Source: Candidatus Limnocylindria bacterium (GTDB taxonomy: Bacteria; Chloroflexota; Limnocylindria; P2-11E). Taken from it: DNA of 64,000 bases. This document shows, one piece after another, positions 28,596 to 38,052 of the stretch (position 1 is its first letter; each line of letters starts with the position of its first letter). Under the pieces are notes generated by a model. The model worked only from the letters and a program-made list of their open reading frames with translations, did not search any database and had not been told where the DNA came from. The position numbers were made by a program, and so were the translations under genes. The stretch covers positions 2,969 to 66,968 of the forward strand of contig DASYSC010000221.1 of assembly GCA_036003765.1 (NCBI GenBank), given 5' to 3'.

Positions 28596-29083
28596 GCCGC
28601 GCCCTCCTTGAGAAGCGCGCCGACGACACCGGACACGACCTTGCCGTCGGCCCGGCCCTTCGTCTCGGCGATCACTTTGGGCATGACGAGCTTCGTGTCC
28701 TGCGGACCCTTCGCACCCGTCTCGGCGATGACGCGGCGCGCGATCTCGCGGATCTTCGATTCGTCGAGCTGCTCCGGCAGATACGCGTTGATGAACGCCA
28801 GCTCTTTCTCCTCTTTCTCTACCAGGTCGTTCCGTCGGCCTTTGCGGAACGCGTCGATGGAGTCACGCCGCATCTTCGCCTGCTTCGTAAGCACTCCCTC
28901 GACCGCCGCTTCGTCGAGCACGCCGGGCTTGTTCTGCGCGAGCCACGCCTGACGCGCGGCCTCGTCCTTGCCTTCCGCGGTGAGGCGATCGACCGCGGCA
29001 CCGAGGCGGGCCTTCTCCTCGTTCTGGATCGCGGCGAGGAGGAACCGCACGGTGTCGCGTCGCAGGGTCTCGCCTGAACGCAT
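28592..29083 (-). CDS. GatB/YqeY domain-containing protein
   Basis: The YqeY family pattern (LKEGAA C-terminus, helical) matches the common rpsU-yqeY neighbourhood. Confidence 0.7.
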   Translation of the reverse strand: MRSGETLRRDTVRFLLAAIQNEEKARLGAAVDRLTAEGKDEAARQAWLAQNKPGVLDEAAVEGVLTKQAKMRRDSIDAFRKGRRNDLVEKEEKELAFINAYLPEQLDESKIREIARRVIAETGAKGPQDTKLVMPKVIAETKGRADGKVVSGVVGALLKEGAA

Positions 29084-29143
29084 GGCCGTCTTGAGATCGC
29101 CCTCGAGCCGCTGCTTCAGTTGCGCGCCGATCGGGTCTCGCTC

Positions 29144-29311
29144 CTAGCGCTTGCGGCGCTTAGCTTCCTTGCGCTTGCGGCGCGCGGCGGGGCGCTCGTA
29201 GAACTCGCGGCGGCGGGCTTCCGCGAGGATTCCGGCCTGCTGGATCTTCTTGTTGAAACGGCGAAGCGCGGCCTCAAACGACTCGCCTTCTCCGATGATC
29301 ACTTCCGACAA
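29144..29311 (-). CDS. rpsU: 30S ribosomal protein S21 (TTG start; an alternative GTG lies at 29302)
   Basis: [48 protein letters not shown] is the S21 signature. Confidence 0.85.
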   Translation of the reverse strand: MSEVIIGEGESFEAALRRFNKKIQQAGILAEARRREFYERPAARRKRKEAKRRKR

Positions 29312-29412
29312 CGGTTGCTGGTCACCCCGCCTTCTTCTCAAAGGAAACCGGCCTACCGAGGCCGGACCGTGCGAATGATAGCCGCCCGCCGAGTCGGTAA
29401 ATACGCATATCT

Positions 29413-29766
29413 TTAGTGGTCCCACGGCGACCAAGGAGCGCCCAGCGGGCGGCCGGCGAGGACGTGGAAGTGCAGGTGGTCCACGGCCTGTCCGCCCTCC
29501 CGTCCGGTGTTCGAGACGACGCGGAAGCCGCGCGCGGCGTAGCCGGCATCCTTCGCGATCTTCGTCGCCAGTTTGACCAGGTGACCGACGAGCGCGAAGT
29601 CGTCGGCTTCCGCAAGCGACGCGACATGTCGGCGCGGGATCACGAGTACGTGGAGGGGCGCCTTCGGCTGAAGGTCCTTGAACGCCATGGCCTGCTCGTC
29701 CTCGGCGACCACCGTGGCCGGGGCATCGCCGCGAGCGATCTTGCAGAAGATGCAGTCGTCGGTCAC
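29413..29766 (-). CDS. HIT-family (histidine triad) nucleotide-binding protein
   Basis: CIFCKI...HLHFHVL histidine triad motif. Confidence 0.9.
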   Translation of the reverse strand: MTDDCIFCKIARGDAPATVVAEDEQAMAFKDLQPKAPLHVLVIPRRHVASLAEADDFALVGHLVKLATKIAKDAGYAARGFRVVSNTGREGGQAVDHLHFHVLAGRPLGAPWSPWDH

Positions 29767-30191
29767 CGCTGCTCCTCCCTGATGTACGTGAGGGTGTGGT
29801 GCGCTACGAGCTCACCGGATCTATCGAACGTGCGCGCCTCACCGAACGCGATGCGCCTTCCCGCGCGCAGGACCGCCGCATCGCAGACGAGATCGCCACG
29901 CGCGCCGCGGAGAAAGCTGGTCGTCATCTCGATGGTGAGGGCGAGCGGCTCCTCGCCGACGACGGTCATGAGCGCGATCCAGAAGGCGACATCCGCGGCG
30001 CCCATCGCGCAAGCCCCCTGGAGCGTGCCTCCGGGACGGACGAACTCCTCCCTGAAGGGAAGTCGGACGCGCGCGGTCCCCGGCGCGAGCGAGTCGACGC
30101 GGTACCCCCAGGCGCGCGCGAACGGGGTCCCGTCGAGGATCTGCTGCGCCCGCTCGGCGTTGATGCGAAGCTCGGCCGCGGCTACTCCCAC
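29763..30191 (-). CDS. paaI: PaaI-type hotdog-fold thioesterase
   Basis: Hotdog thioesterase pattern (GG.LQGG...); adjacent to phenylacetate-CoA ligase. Confidence 0.7.
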   Translation of the reverse strand: MGVAAAELRINAERAQQILDGTPFARAWGYRVDSLAPGTARVRLPFREEFVRPGGTLQGACAMGAADVAFWIALMTVVGEEPLALTIEMTTSFLRGARGDLVCDAAVLRAGRRIAFGEARTFDRSGELVAHHTLTYIREEQR

Positions 30192-31381
30192 GTGCGCAGG
30201 TCCCGCATCTTGGGCGCATCGTCGGCGATCGCATCGGCGCGCTCGACGTCCGGCCGGACCTTGATCACGTCCTGCATCGTCTGGGCGAGCCGCGCCGGAT
30301 CGACCTCGCCGGCCGCAACGACGCGGAGGGTGAGCACGTCGCGCGCGCCATCACGCGTGACGACCATCTGCCAGCGGCTCACCTCAGGGAACCGTGCGAC
30401 GACCTCGTCGACCTGGCGCGGGTGGACGAACATGCCACGTACCTTCACCGCGTCGCCGACGCGGCCGACGATGCGCACGATGCGCTCCCCGGCGCGTCCA
30501 CACAGGCAGGACTCCTCGGTGAGCAGCGCGAGGTCCCCGGTCCCGAAACGAATGATGGGGTAGGTGCGCTCGTTCACCGTTGCGACGACCTCGCCCACGG
30601 CGCCGGTCGGGAGCGCCTCGCCGGTCCGCGGGTCGACGATCTCGACGACCGCGTCTGCGGGCACGTGCATCCCCGCGCGTTCGAGGCATTCGTACCCGAG
30701 GGCGCCGAGGTCGGCGGTGCCGTAGCCCTGGCATACCGTCGGACCGAGGTCTTGGAGCTCGCGGCGCAGCGAGGGCGGAAGCATCTCGCCGGCGACGAAC
30801 GCTCGGCGCAGCGTGAAGCCATCGGCGCCGAGCTCGGCGGCCTTCTCGTACAGGATGCGCAGCGCGCTGGGTGTGCCCACATAGCCGGTGGCCGCGAGCC
30901 CGCGCAGCATCTGGACCTGCAGCTCGGTGTTGCCAGTTCCTGCGGGGATGACCGTGCAGCCGAGCTCGCGAAGCGCGCCGTCGAACATCCATCCGAGCGG
31001 CGTGCCGTGGTAGCTCACCGCGCAGTGGACGACCATGCCCGCTTCGAATCCCGCCGCTCGCAGCGGTCCCGCCCACCGCCAGTAATCGGGCGCGAGCCCC
31101 TGCGGATCGAACAGCGGCCCAGGCGAGAGGAACACGCGAGCGACGTCGGCCATCGGCACGCCGAGGAAGCCGCCGAACGGAGGCGCGGCTCGCTGTAGGT
31201 CGATCAGCTCGTCCTTGCGCGTGATGCGGATCGCGTCGAGTGACGCATCGCGCGAAGGGATGCGCTCGCGCATAGCCGGCGCGTGGTCGTACGCGTGTGC
31301 GACGACCGCACGGAACCACCGCTCGCGGTATTCGCCGCGCTCGGCGGCGGTGAGGCGCTCCGGCTCGGTCAGGAGAGCCAT
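30182..31381 (-). CDS. paaK: Phenylacetate-CoA ligase family protein (PaaK-like adenylate-forming enzyme)
   Basis: Family-specific pattern is present: YHGTPLGWMF, GTPSAL, QGYGTADLG, and a C-terminal ACT-like tail. Confidence 0.8.
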   Translation of the reverse strand: MALLTEPERLTAAERGEYRERWFRAVVAHAYDHAPAMRERIPSRDASLDAIRITRKDELIDLQRAAPPFGGFLGVPMADVARVFLSPGPLFDPQGLAPDYWRWAGPLRAAGFEAGMVVHCAVSYHGTPLGWMFDGALRELGCTVIPAGTGNTELQVQMLRGLAATGYVGTPSALRILYEKAAELGADGFTLRRAFVAGEMLPPSLRRELQDLGPTVCQGYGTADLGALGYECLERAGMHVPADAVVEIVDPRTGEALPTGAVGEVVATVNERTYPIIRFGTGDLALLTEESCLCGRAGERIVRIVGRVGDAVKVRGMFVHPRQVDEVVARFPEVSRWQMVVTRDGARDVLTLRVVAAGEVDPARLAQTMQDVIKVRPDVERADAIADDAPKMRDLRTWE

Positions 31382-32160
31382 CGCTTCCTGCGCTTGTAGT
31401 GCTTCACCTCGCGGTACGAACGCTTCTCGCCGACGGTGGTGAGTCCGAGGTAGAACTCCTTCACGTCCTCGTTCGCGCGGAGGGTCTCCGCGGGACCCTC
31501 GAGGACCACGCGGCCTCCCTCCATCAGGAAGCCATGGTGCGAGATGCCGAGCGCCGCACGCGCGTTTTGCTCGACTAGCAGGATGGTCGTTCCGCGCTCC
31601 TGATTGATCCGCAGGATGATGCGGAAGATCTCCTCGACGAGCATCGGCGAGAGTCCGAGCGAGGGCTCGTCGAGGAGCATCAGCCGCGGCCGGGCCATGA
31701 GCGCGCGGCCGATGGCGAGCATTTGCTGTTCACCACCGGAGAGATAGCCGGCGGCCCCGCTTCGCCGCTCGCCGAGCGGCGGGAAGTAGCCGTAGACCGC
31801 GGTGAGGTCGTCACGGATGCCCTTGTCGCGACGCGTATGCGCGCCCGCAAGCAGGTTCTCCTCCACTGTGAGGTGCTCAAAAACGCGCCGCCCCTCGAGC
31901 ACGTGGAAGACCCCGCGTCGCACGATCTCCGAAGGGTCGAGTCGATCGAGCCGGACGCCGTCCAGCTCGACCGACCCTTCGGTGACCTCGCCTTCCTCGG
32001 TGCGCAGAAGTCCGGATATCGCCTTGAGCGTCGTGCTCTTGCCGGCCCCATTCGCGCCGAGCAGCGCGACGATCCGCCCATCCGGGACCTCGAGCGAGAG
32101 GCCCTTCAGGACCAGGATCACCTTGTCGTACATGACCTCGACGTTGTTGAGGGCCAGCAC
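31369..32160 (-). CDS. livF: Branched-chain/hydrophobic amino-acid-type ABC transporter ATP-binding protein (LivF-like); GTG start 3 nt after the SBP stop
   Basis: GANGAGKSTTLK, LSGGEQQMLAIGRAL, LLDEPSLGL. Confidence 0.85.
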   Translation of the reverse strand: MLALNNVEVMYDKVILVLKGLSLEVPDGRIVALLGANGAGKSTTLKAISGLLRTEEGEVTEGSVELDGVRLDRLDPSEIVRRGVFHVLEGRRVFEHLTVEENLLAGAHTRRDKGIRDDLTAVYGYFPPLGERRSGAAGYLSGGEQQMLAIGRALMARPRLMLLDEPSLGLSPMLVEEIFRIILRINQERGTTILLVEQNARAALGISHHGFLMEGGRVVLEGPAETLRANEDVKEFYLGLTTVGEKRSYREVKHYKRRKRWLS

Positions 32161-32162
32161 CG

Positions 32163-33347
32163 TTACTTGGCGGCGGTGAGGTCCACCAGGCGGACCCACT
32201 TGCCCCCCTGCGCTTTGTAGATGCGGGATGCGAGCGCCCCGCGGTGGCTCTTGTCGCTGAACGTGATCTTGTCGGTGATGCCTCCGGTGTCGTAGTCCTT
32301 GATCGACTCGAGCGCGGCCTTGAGCTTCTCACCGCTGATGTCTCCCTGGACGCGCCGGAGACCTTCGGACATGACCTTCATCGTGAGCCAGCCCTGCACG
32401 TAGTTCACCGGCTGCTTGCGCCAGTCCTTCTTCTGCTTGTCGTTCCAGTCCTTGATCTCCTTGAGTCCCGAGGCCTCCTCGGAGAGCGTCACGAACGGGA
32501 CGACGGCGAGCATGCCCTCCGCCGCGCTCCCGGCGAGCTCGAGCGTCTTCTCGCCGAAGCCCCAGTTCAGCGTCGCCAGCGCGGTCTTGTCGAGGCCGGC
32601 GGTCTTCGCGCTCTTGGCCTCGACCGCGACGGGCGCGGAGGTGTTCTGCATGAGGATGAAGTCGGGGGCAGCCGACTTCACCGCGAGCAGCTGCGGCGAC
32701 ATGTCGAGCGCGTTGGAGGCGACGACGATGTCCGGCGTGTTGACGATGCCGTTCTCCTGCATGAACTTCTTGGCGTCCTCGACGGGCGACTTCCCGAACG
32801 CGTTGTCGCCGTAGCTGAGCGACACCTTCGCCGGGCTGGAGCCCTTCCAGTTGTCCTTGATGTACTTGAGCATCACCCTGGCCTGGTCCGAGTACGTCTG
32901 GCCGATCATGAAGTTGTACGGAGTCTTGGTGACATCGGCGACCAGGTCCGCCGAGTAGGACGCCGACATGAAGGGCAGTTTGTCCTTCGTGATCTTCGGC
33001 GTCATCGCGATGGTGTCGCCGGTGCCCCAGCCCATGATCGCGACGACCTGCTCCTGCGAGACGAGCCGGTTGTACAGCTCCTCGGCTCGCGGGATCTGAT
33101 ACGCGTAGTCGTCGCTCACCAGCTGGATCTGCCGTCCATTTACGCCGCCCTTGTCGTTGATGAACGCGACGTAGTCCTTCACCCCCTCGGAGTACGGAAC
33201 ACCGACGTCCGACGTCGCGCCGGTGAGGTCGAAGATGCCGCCGATCTTGATCGGCTCTTTCGACGTCGCTGGTCCGCCGCCCGTCGTGCCACCGCACGCC
33301 GCGATGGTGAACGCGAGCACAGCCAGGATAGGAATGGTGCGTCTCAT
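32163..33347 (-). CDS. ABC transporter substrate-binding lipoprotein (LivJ/K family, type I PBP)
   Basis: Lipoprotein signal ILAVLAFTIAAC, then IKIGGIFDLTG...DYAY. The ligand could be aromatic acids given the paaK context. Confidence 0.8.
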   Translation of the reverse strand: MRRTIPILAVLAFTIAACGGTTGGGPATSKEPIKIGGIFDLTGATSDVGVPYSEGVKDYVAFINDKGGVNGRQIQLVSDDYAYQIPRAEELYNRLVSQEQVVAIMGWGTGDTIAMTPKITKDKLPFMSASYSADLVADVTKTPYNFMIGQTYSDQARVMLKYIKDNWKGSSPAKVSLSYGDNAFGKSPVEDAKKFMQENGIVNTPDIVVASNALDMSPQLLAVKSAAPDFILMQNTSAPVAVEAKSAKTAGLDKTALATLNWGFGEKTLELAGSAAEGMLAVVPFVTLSEEASGLKEIKDWNDKQKKDWRKQPVNYVQGWLTMKVMSEGLRRVQGDISGEKLKAALESIKDYDTGGITDKITFSDKSHRGALASRIYKAQGGKWVRLVDLTAAK

Positions 33348-33362
33348 GTCGTGACCCCCCTT

Positions 33363-34421
33363 TCAGTATTTGAACGGCCAGAGCCGGAAGTAGTCCTTGA
33401 TGTCCCGCCAGACCTTCGCGAGCCCTCGGGGCTCGAGGACCAGGAAACCGATGATCGCGACGCCGAATGCCGCCTCCTTCAGCACGCTGACGTTGACCGC
33501 GACACCGGGAATGCTGCGAGCGACCGTGGCGAGGGCGATGGGCAGAAGCCGGATGAACGCGGCCCCGTACAGCGAGCCGCTGACCGTGCCCAGACCGCCA
33601 ATGATGACCATGCCGAGGTACTCGATCGAGACCGCGAGGTTGAAGTTCTCGGGGCTCACGATGAGGTCATGGTGCGCCTGGAGCGCGCCGGCCGCACCGA
33701 CGATGAACGAGCTCACCATGAAGGCGATGATCTTGTAACGGAACACGTCGACGCCGACGACGGACGCCGCGATGTCCTGATCGCGGATGGCGATGAAGGC
33801 TCTGCCGGCGCGGCTCCGGAAAAGATTCGCGCAGGCGAGCACAGCGAGCGCCAACGCGGCGAGCATCAGGAAGTAGTAAGCCCGCTCGGTATCGAACACG
33901 AGGGGCCCGAGGGCCGGCGCGGGGATCCCGAAGATTCCCTGACTGCCGCCGGTGACGGGAACGAGATGGATCATGAACCACTCGATCACCACCTGGGCGG
34001 CGAGCGTCGCGATGACCAGATAGAGGCCCTTGAGGCGCAGCGACGGAATGCCGAACACCCCACCCACCGCCGCGGTCACGAGCCCCGCGGCCGGGAGCGC
34101 CATCCAGAACGGGACGCCGACCCTCGTCGTGAGGTACGCGCTCGTGTAGGCGCCGACGCCGAGGAACGCGCCCTGCGCCACCGAGATCTGGCCGGTGAAG
34201 CCAACGAGGACGTTCAGCCCAAGCGCGCCGACCGCCGCGAGCCCAACTTGGTTCGCGATCGATAGCTCGTACCTTCCGGCGAGCGCGCCGAAGGCGAGCG
34301 CCGCGAATATGACGATCGCGATGCGGGCGCGCGCGAGCGGCGTCGGCCGCAGCGCCATGTCGGCGGCGTACGTCGTGTGGAAGATGCCGCACTCGCGCCG
34401 CCAGACGATGGTGTTAGACAC
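33363..34421 (-). CDS. livM: Branched-chain amino-acid-type ABC permease (LivM-like)
   Basis: Polytopic LivM pattern. Confidence 0.8.
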   Translation of the reverse strand: MSNTIVWRRECGIFHTTYAADMALRPTPLARARIAIVIFAALAFGALAGRYELSIANQVGLAAVGALGLNVLVGFTGQISVAQGAFLGVGAYTSAYLTTRVGVPFWMALPAAGLVTAAVGGVFGIPSLRLKGLYLVIATLAAQVVIEWFMIHLVPVTGGSQGIFGIPAPALGPLVFDTERAYYFLMLAALALAVLACANLFRSRAGRAFIAIRDQDIAASVVGVDVFRYKIIAFMVSSFIVGAAGALQAHHDLIVSPENFNLAVSIEYLGMVIIGGLGTVSGSLYGAAFIRLLPIALATVARSIPGVAVNVSVLKEAAFGVAIIGFLVLEPRGLAKVWRDIKDYFRLWPFKY

Positions 34422-35310
34422 GCTCGATCCGTTCCTTGCCGAAGAGGCCGTAGGGCTTCACGAGCAGGATGACGACGAGGAACACGAACGGCGCGACGTC
34501 GCGCACCCCGCCCCCCAATGGACCGTCGAGGTAGCCGGCGGAGAGCGTTTCGAGCACGCCGACGATGACCCCGCCGACCGCCGCGCCGACGATCGAGTCG
34601 AGACCGCCGACGATGGCCACGGGCAGCGCCTTGAGGCCCAGGGTCGCGAGCAGGATGCCGGTCCCCTGGATCGACGCGAGAAGGATCCCGCCGATCGAGG
34701 AGACGATCGCCGCGATCACCCAAGATGTCGCGAACACGAACCGCACGTTGATGCCCATCGACAGAGCCGCCTGCTGGTCGTCGGCGACGGCCCGCATGGC
34801 GATGCCGACGCGCGTGTAGCGGAAGGCGAGCGCGAAGAGGACGACGAGCGCCATCGCGATCCCGAAGGACCAGAGGAATTCCTGCGAGACGGTCAGCGGT
34901 CCGATCTGGGTCGGTTCCTTGGGAAGCACCGCCGGATACACGCGGTACTCGGTACCCCAGATGAGGATCACGATCGAGCGAAGCAGGATCGCGAGCCCGA
35001 TGGTCACCATGATGACCGCGATGGCGGGCTCTCCGATGAGCGGACGCAGCGCGACGCGTTCGATCGTGATGCCGAGCACGATGGAAAAGGCGAGGGTGAT
35101 CAGAAACGCGACCGGCACGGGCAGGCCGAGCTGGGCGATGAGCCCGTACGAGACGTAGGCTCCAAGAAGAAGCATCTCGCCCTGCGCGAGGTTGAGCACA
35201 TCGGTCGCCTTGTATATGAGGACGAAGCCGAGCGCGATGAGCGCGTAGACGCCGCCGATGGCGACACCGCCGATGAGGAGCTGCAAGACGAGCGTGAGTT
35301 CAGGCGACAC
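34414..35310 (-). CDS. livH: Branched-chain amino-acid-type ABC permease (LivH-like); GTG start
   Basis: LIGGVAIGGVYALIALGFVLIY... is LivH-like. The longer track ORF (to 35568) is an N-terminal over-extension. Confidence 0.8.
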   Translation of the reverse strand: MSPELTLVLQLLIGGVAIGGVYALIALGFVLIYKATDVLNLAQGEMLLLGAYVSYGLIAQLGLPVPVAFLITLAFSIVLGITIERVALRPLIGEPAIAVIMVTIGLAILLRSIVILIWGTEYRVYPAVLPKEPTQIGPLTVSQEFLWSFGIAMALVVLFALAFRYTRVGIAMRAVADDQQAALSMGINVRFVFATSWVIAAIVSSIGGILLASIQGTGILLATLGLKALPVAIVGGLDSIVGAAVGGVIVGVLETLSAGYLDGPLGGGVRDVAPFVFLVVILLVKPYGLFGKERIERV

Positions 35311-37198
35311 GCTCGTGCTCCATGGTGTGGACGCGGAGCGGCACGCGCATGACCGTCGCCTTGCCAGTCTGATAACGCACCTCGGTCTCGACGAGGATCT
35401 CCGCGCGCTCGCCGTAGAGGCCCGCGATGAGATCCGCGTACCGCTCCTCGACGAAGCGTCGCCTGACCTTGCGCGTGCGGGTGAGCTCCTCGTCATCCGG
35501 GTCGAGCTCCTTATGCAGGAGGACGAACCGGGCGATCTTGGCCGCGCGCGGGAGTTCGCGGTTGACACGGTCGACGTGGCGGGAGACGAGCTCGTACACC
35601 TGCGCTTTCTGGGCGAGATCGGTATACGTCGTGTACGTGATCTGCCGTGTCTCCGCCCACTTGCCCACGTTCGCCATATCGATGTTCACGAGCGCGCCGA
35701 CGAAGGGGCGATCCTGTCCCACCACGACAGCTTCCTTCACGTACGGTGAGAACTTCAGTTTGTTCTCGATGTACTGCGGCGAGAACTTCGATCCGTCCGC
35801 GAGCGTCATGACGTCGGCCATGCGGTCGATGACCACGAGGTGGCCGTCCTCGTCGATGAGGCCCGAGTCGCCCGAGTGCAGCCAGCCGTCGCGCAGCGAT
35901 TTGGCCGTCGCCTCGGGGTTCTTGTAGTAGCCCTGAAACACGCTCGGGCTGCGTGAGACGATCTCTCCCGAGTCTGAGATCCGGACCTCGGTCTCGGGGA
36001 TGGGCTTCCCGACGGTCTCGAACTTCACCTCGCCATCACGGTGGAGAACGGAGATCCCGGCGATCTCGGTCTGACCGTAGATCTGTTTCAGGTTCACGCC
36101 GAGAGCGTGAAAGAAGCGGAACGCATCCGGCCCCAGCGCGGCACCGCCGGTGTACGCCCGACGGAGGCGCGAGAGGCCGAGCGAGTCCTTGAGCGGGGCG
36201 AGGACGAGCACGTCGGCGGCGGCCTCGCGGACTCGCCCGAGCGCGCCGGGACGCGCCCGCGCGAAGGCGCGCGCCGCCCGCTCGTAACCGATCTTGAGGG
36301 CGAGATCGTAGAAGCGTCGCTTCAGCCAGGGGCTGTCCTCGATCTTCACCTGCACCGTCGAGAGGAGGTTCTCCCATATGCGCGGCGGCGCGAACATGAC
36401 ATGCGGCCCGATCTCGCGGATGTTCTGCTGCACGGTGTCCGGCTCCTCCGGAAAGTTCACCGCGAACCCGACGGTGAGCGCCGCGGCGACGGACATCATC
36501 TGCTCGCCGATCCAGGCGAGCGGCAGGAACGATACGAATTCGTCCCGCTCTCCGACCGGGTCGACGGACATGAGATTCCCGGCCATGCGGGTCATGTTCT
36601 CGTGCGTCAGCATCGCGCCCTTGGGTTCGCCGGTCGTCCCCGACGTGTAGCAGATGAGGGCGAGATCGCCGGCCCGCCCGCGCGCAAGCTCTTGGGCGAA
36701 GCGCCCGGTCGGGACCCCGTCGCCCAGTCGCTGCACGTCGGTGAAGGGCAGAAGTGTGTCGCGCGCGTACGAGCGCAGGCCGCGCGGGTCGTAGTAGACG
36801 ATCTTCTTTACGCGGGGGATGCGCGAGCGTGCTTCGAGGAGCTTGTCGACCTGCTCCTGGTCTTCGACGACCACGATCCGCGCGTCCGAGTGGTCGATCA
36901 CGAACGCGAGCTCCGCAGCGACGGCGTCCTGGTAAAGCCCGACTGAGGCGCCGCCGAGCGCTTGTGCCGCGAGCTCGGCGACCACCCATTCGGGTCGGTT
37001 GTCACCGACGATGGCGAGCTTGTCGCCACGCTCGAACCCGAGCTGGATCAGGCCGAGCGCGAACCGCCGGACGTTCTCGAGGTACGCCGCCCAGGTCGTC
37101 TCGCGCCAAATGCCGCGCTCCTTCTCGCGCAGCGCGACGCGGCCGTCGCCCCAGCGCTCGGCGTTGCGCAAGAGCAGCCGGGGCAGTGTGTCGCTCAC
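35300..37198 (-). CDS. AMP-dependent synthetase/long-chain acyl-CoA ligase (FadD-like), embedded in the ABC operon
   Basis: YTSGTTGEPKGAM (AMP-binding motif I), YGQTE and other adenylation motifs; 632 aa. Confidence 0.85.
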   Translation of the reverse strand: MSDTLPRLLLRNAERWGDGRVALREKERGIWRETTWAAYLENVRRFALGLIQLGFERGDKLAIVGDNRPEWVVAELAAQALGGASVGLYQDAVAAELAFVIDHSDARIVVVEDQEQVDKLLEARSRIPRVKKIVYYDPRGLRSYARDTLLPFTDVQRLGDGVPTGRFAQELARGRAGDLALICYTSGTTGEPKGAMLTHENMTRMAGNLMSVDPVGERDEFVSFLPLAWIGEQMMSVAAALTVGFAVNFPEEPDTVQQNIREIGPHVMFAPPRIWENLLSTVQVKIEDSPWLKRRFYDLALKIGYERAARAFARARPGALGRVREAAADVLVLAPLKDSLGLSRLRRAYTGGAALGPDAFRFFHALGVNLKQIYGQTEIAGISVLHRDGEVKFETVGKPIPETEVRISDSGEIVSRSPSVFQGYYKNPEATAKSLRDGWLHSGDSGLIDEDGHLVVIDRMADVMTLADGSKFSPQYIENKLKFSPYVKEAVVVGQDRPFVGALVNIDMANVGKWAETRQITYTTYTDLAQKAQVYELVSRHVDRVNRELPRAAKIARFVLLHKELDPDDEELTRTRKVRRRFVEERYADLIAGLYGERAEILVETEVRYQTGKATVMRVPLRVHTMEHERVA

Positions 37199-38010
37199 GC
37201 GACCGGCTCCGCCGCGACCGCCCGCTCGGCTGCGCGGATGGCCTCCGACTCTTCCCCGAGATAGGCCTTGATGACGTTCGGGTCGGCACGCACTTGGTCC
37301 GGCGTGCCTTGGGCGATCTTCTTCCCGAAGTCCAGGACGGCCACGTGGCTCGAGATGTCCATCACGACGCCCATGTCGTGCTCGATGAGGACCACGGTGA
37401 CGCCGCGCTCCTCATTGATGTCCAGAACGAACCGCGCCATGTCCTCCTTCTCCTCGAGATTCATGCCGGCCATCGGCTCGTCGAGAAGCAGCAGGCGCGG
37501 CTCGACCGCGAGCGCGCGCCCAAGCTCCACACGCTTCTGGAGTCCGTAGGGCAGCGTCCCTACGACGCGTCTGCGGATGTGCTCGATTTCGAGGAAGTCG
37601 ATGATGTCCTCCACGACCTCGCGGTTACGGATCTCCTCGGCGCGCGCGCGGCCCCAATAGATAGCGTCGTCCAGGACGCCGCTTCGCATGTGCACGTGGC
37701 GTCCGAGCATGAGGTTGTCGAGCACGCTCATCCCCGCGAAGAGCTCGATGTTCTGGAAAGTCCGCGCGATGCCGAGCTTCGCCACGCGGTGCGGGGCCAG
37801 CCCGCTGATATCGCGCCCTTCGAAGGTGATGCGCCCGCGCTGCGGCCGGTAGAGTCTGCAGACCGCGTTCAGGAGCGAGGTCTTCCCCGCGCCGTTCGGG
37901 CCGATGATGGCGAAGATCTCGCCGCGCTCGACATCGATGGAGACGCCCGCGAGCGCCACGACACCGCCGAATCGGAGGTGCAGGTCTGCGGCGCTGAACT
38001 GAGCGCTCAT
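37195..38010 (-). CDS. livG: Branched-chain amino-acid-type ABC transporter ATP-binding protein (LivG-like); ATG at 38010
   Basis: GPNGAGKTSLLN, the LivG-specific insertion, LSGGQ-like region, LLLDEPMAGM. Confidence 0.85.
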   Translation of the reverse strand: MSAQFSAADLHLRFGGVVALAGVSIDVERGEIFAIIGPNGAGKTSLLNAVCRLYRPQRGRITFEGRDISGLAPHRVAKLGIARTFQNIELFAGMSVLDNLMLGRHVHMRSGVLDDAIYWGRARAEEIRNREVVEDIIDFLEIEHIRRRVVGTLPYGLQKRVELGRALAVEPRLLLLDEPMAGMNLEEKEDMARFVLDINEERGVTVVLIEHDMGVVMDISSHVAVLDFGKKIAQGTPDQVRADPNVIKAYLGEESEAIRAAERAVAAEPVA

Positions 38011-38052
38011 CCCCCGCGGCGAGCATAGCCGCAGGCGTGCGAGAGTACGCAG

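Noticed and set aside
32244-34265. 673-aa plus-strand ORF (Asp/Arg/Glu-rich)
   Set aside because: It is antisense to the SBP/livM/livH genes and its composition is non-protein-like. Artefact of GC skew.
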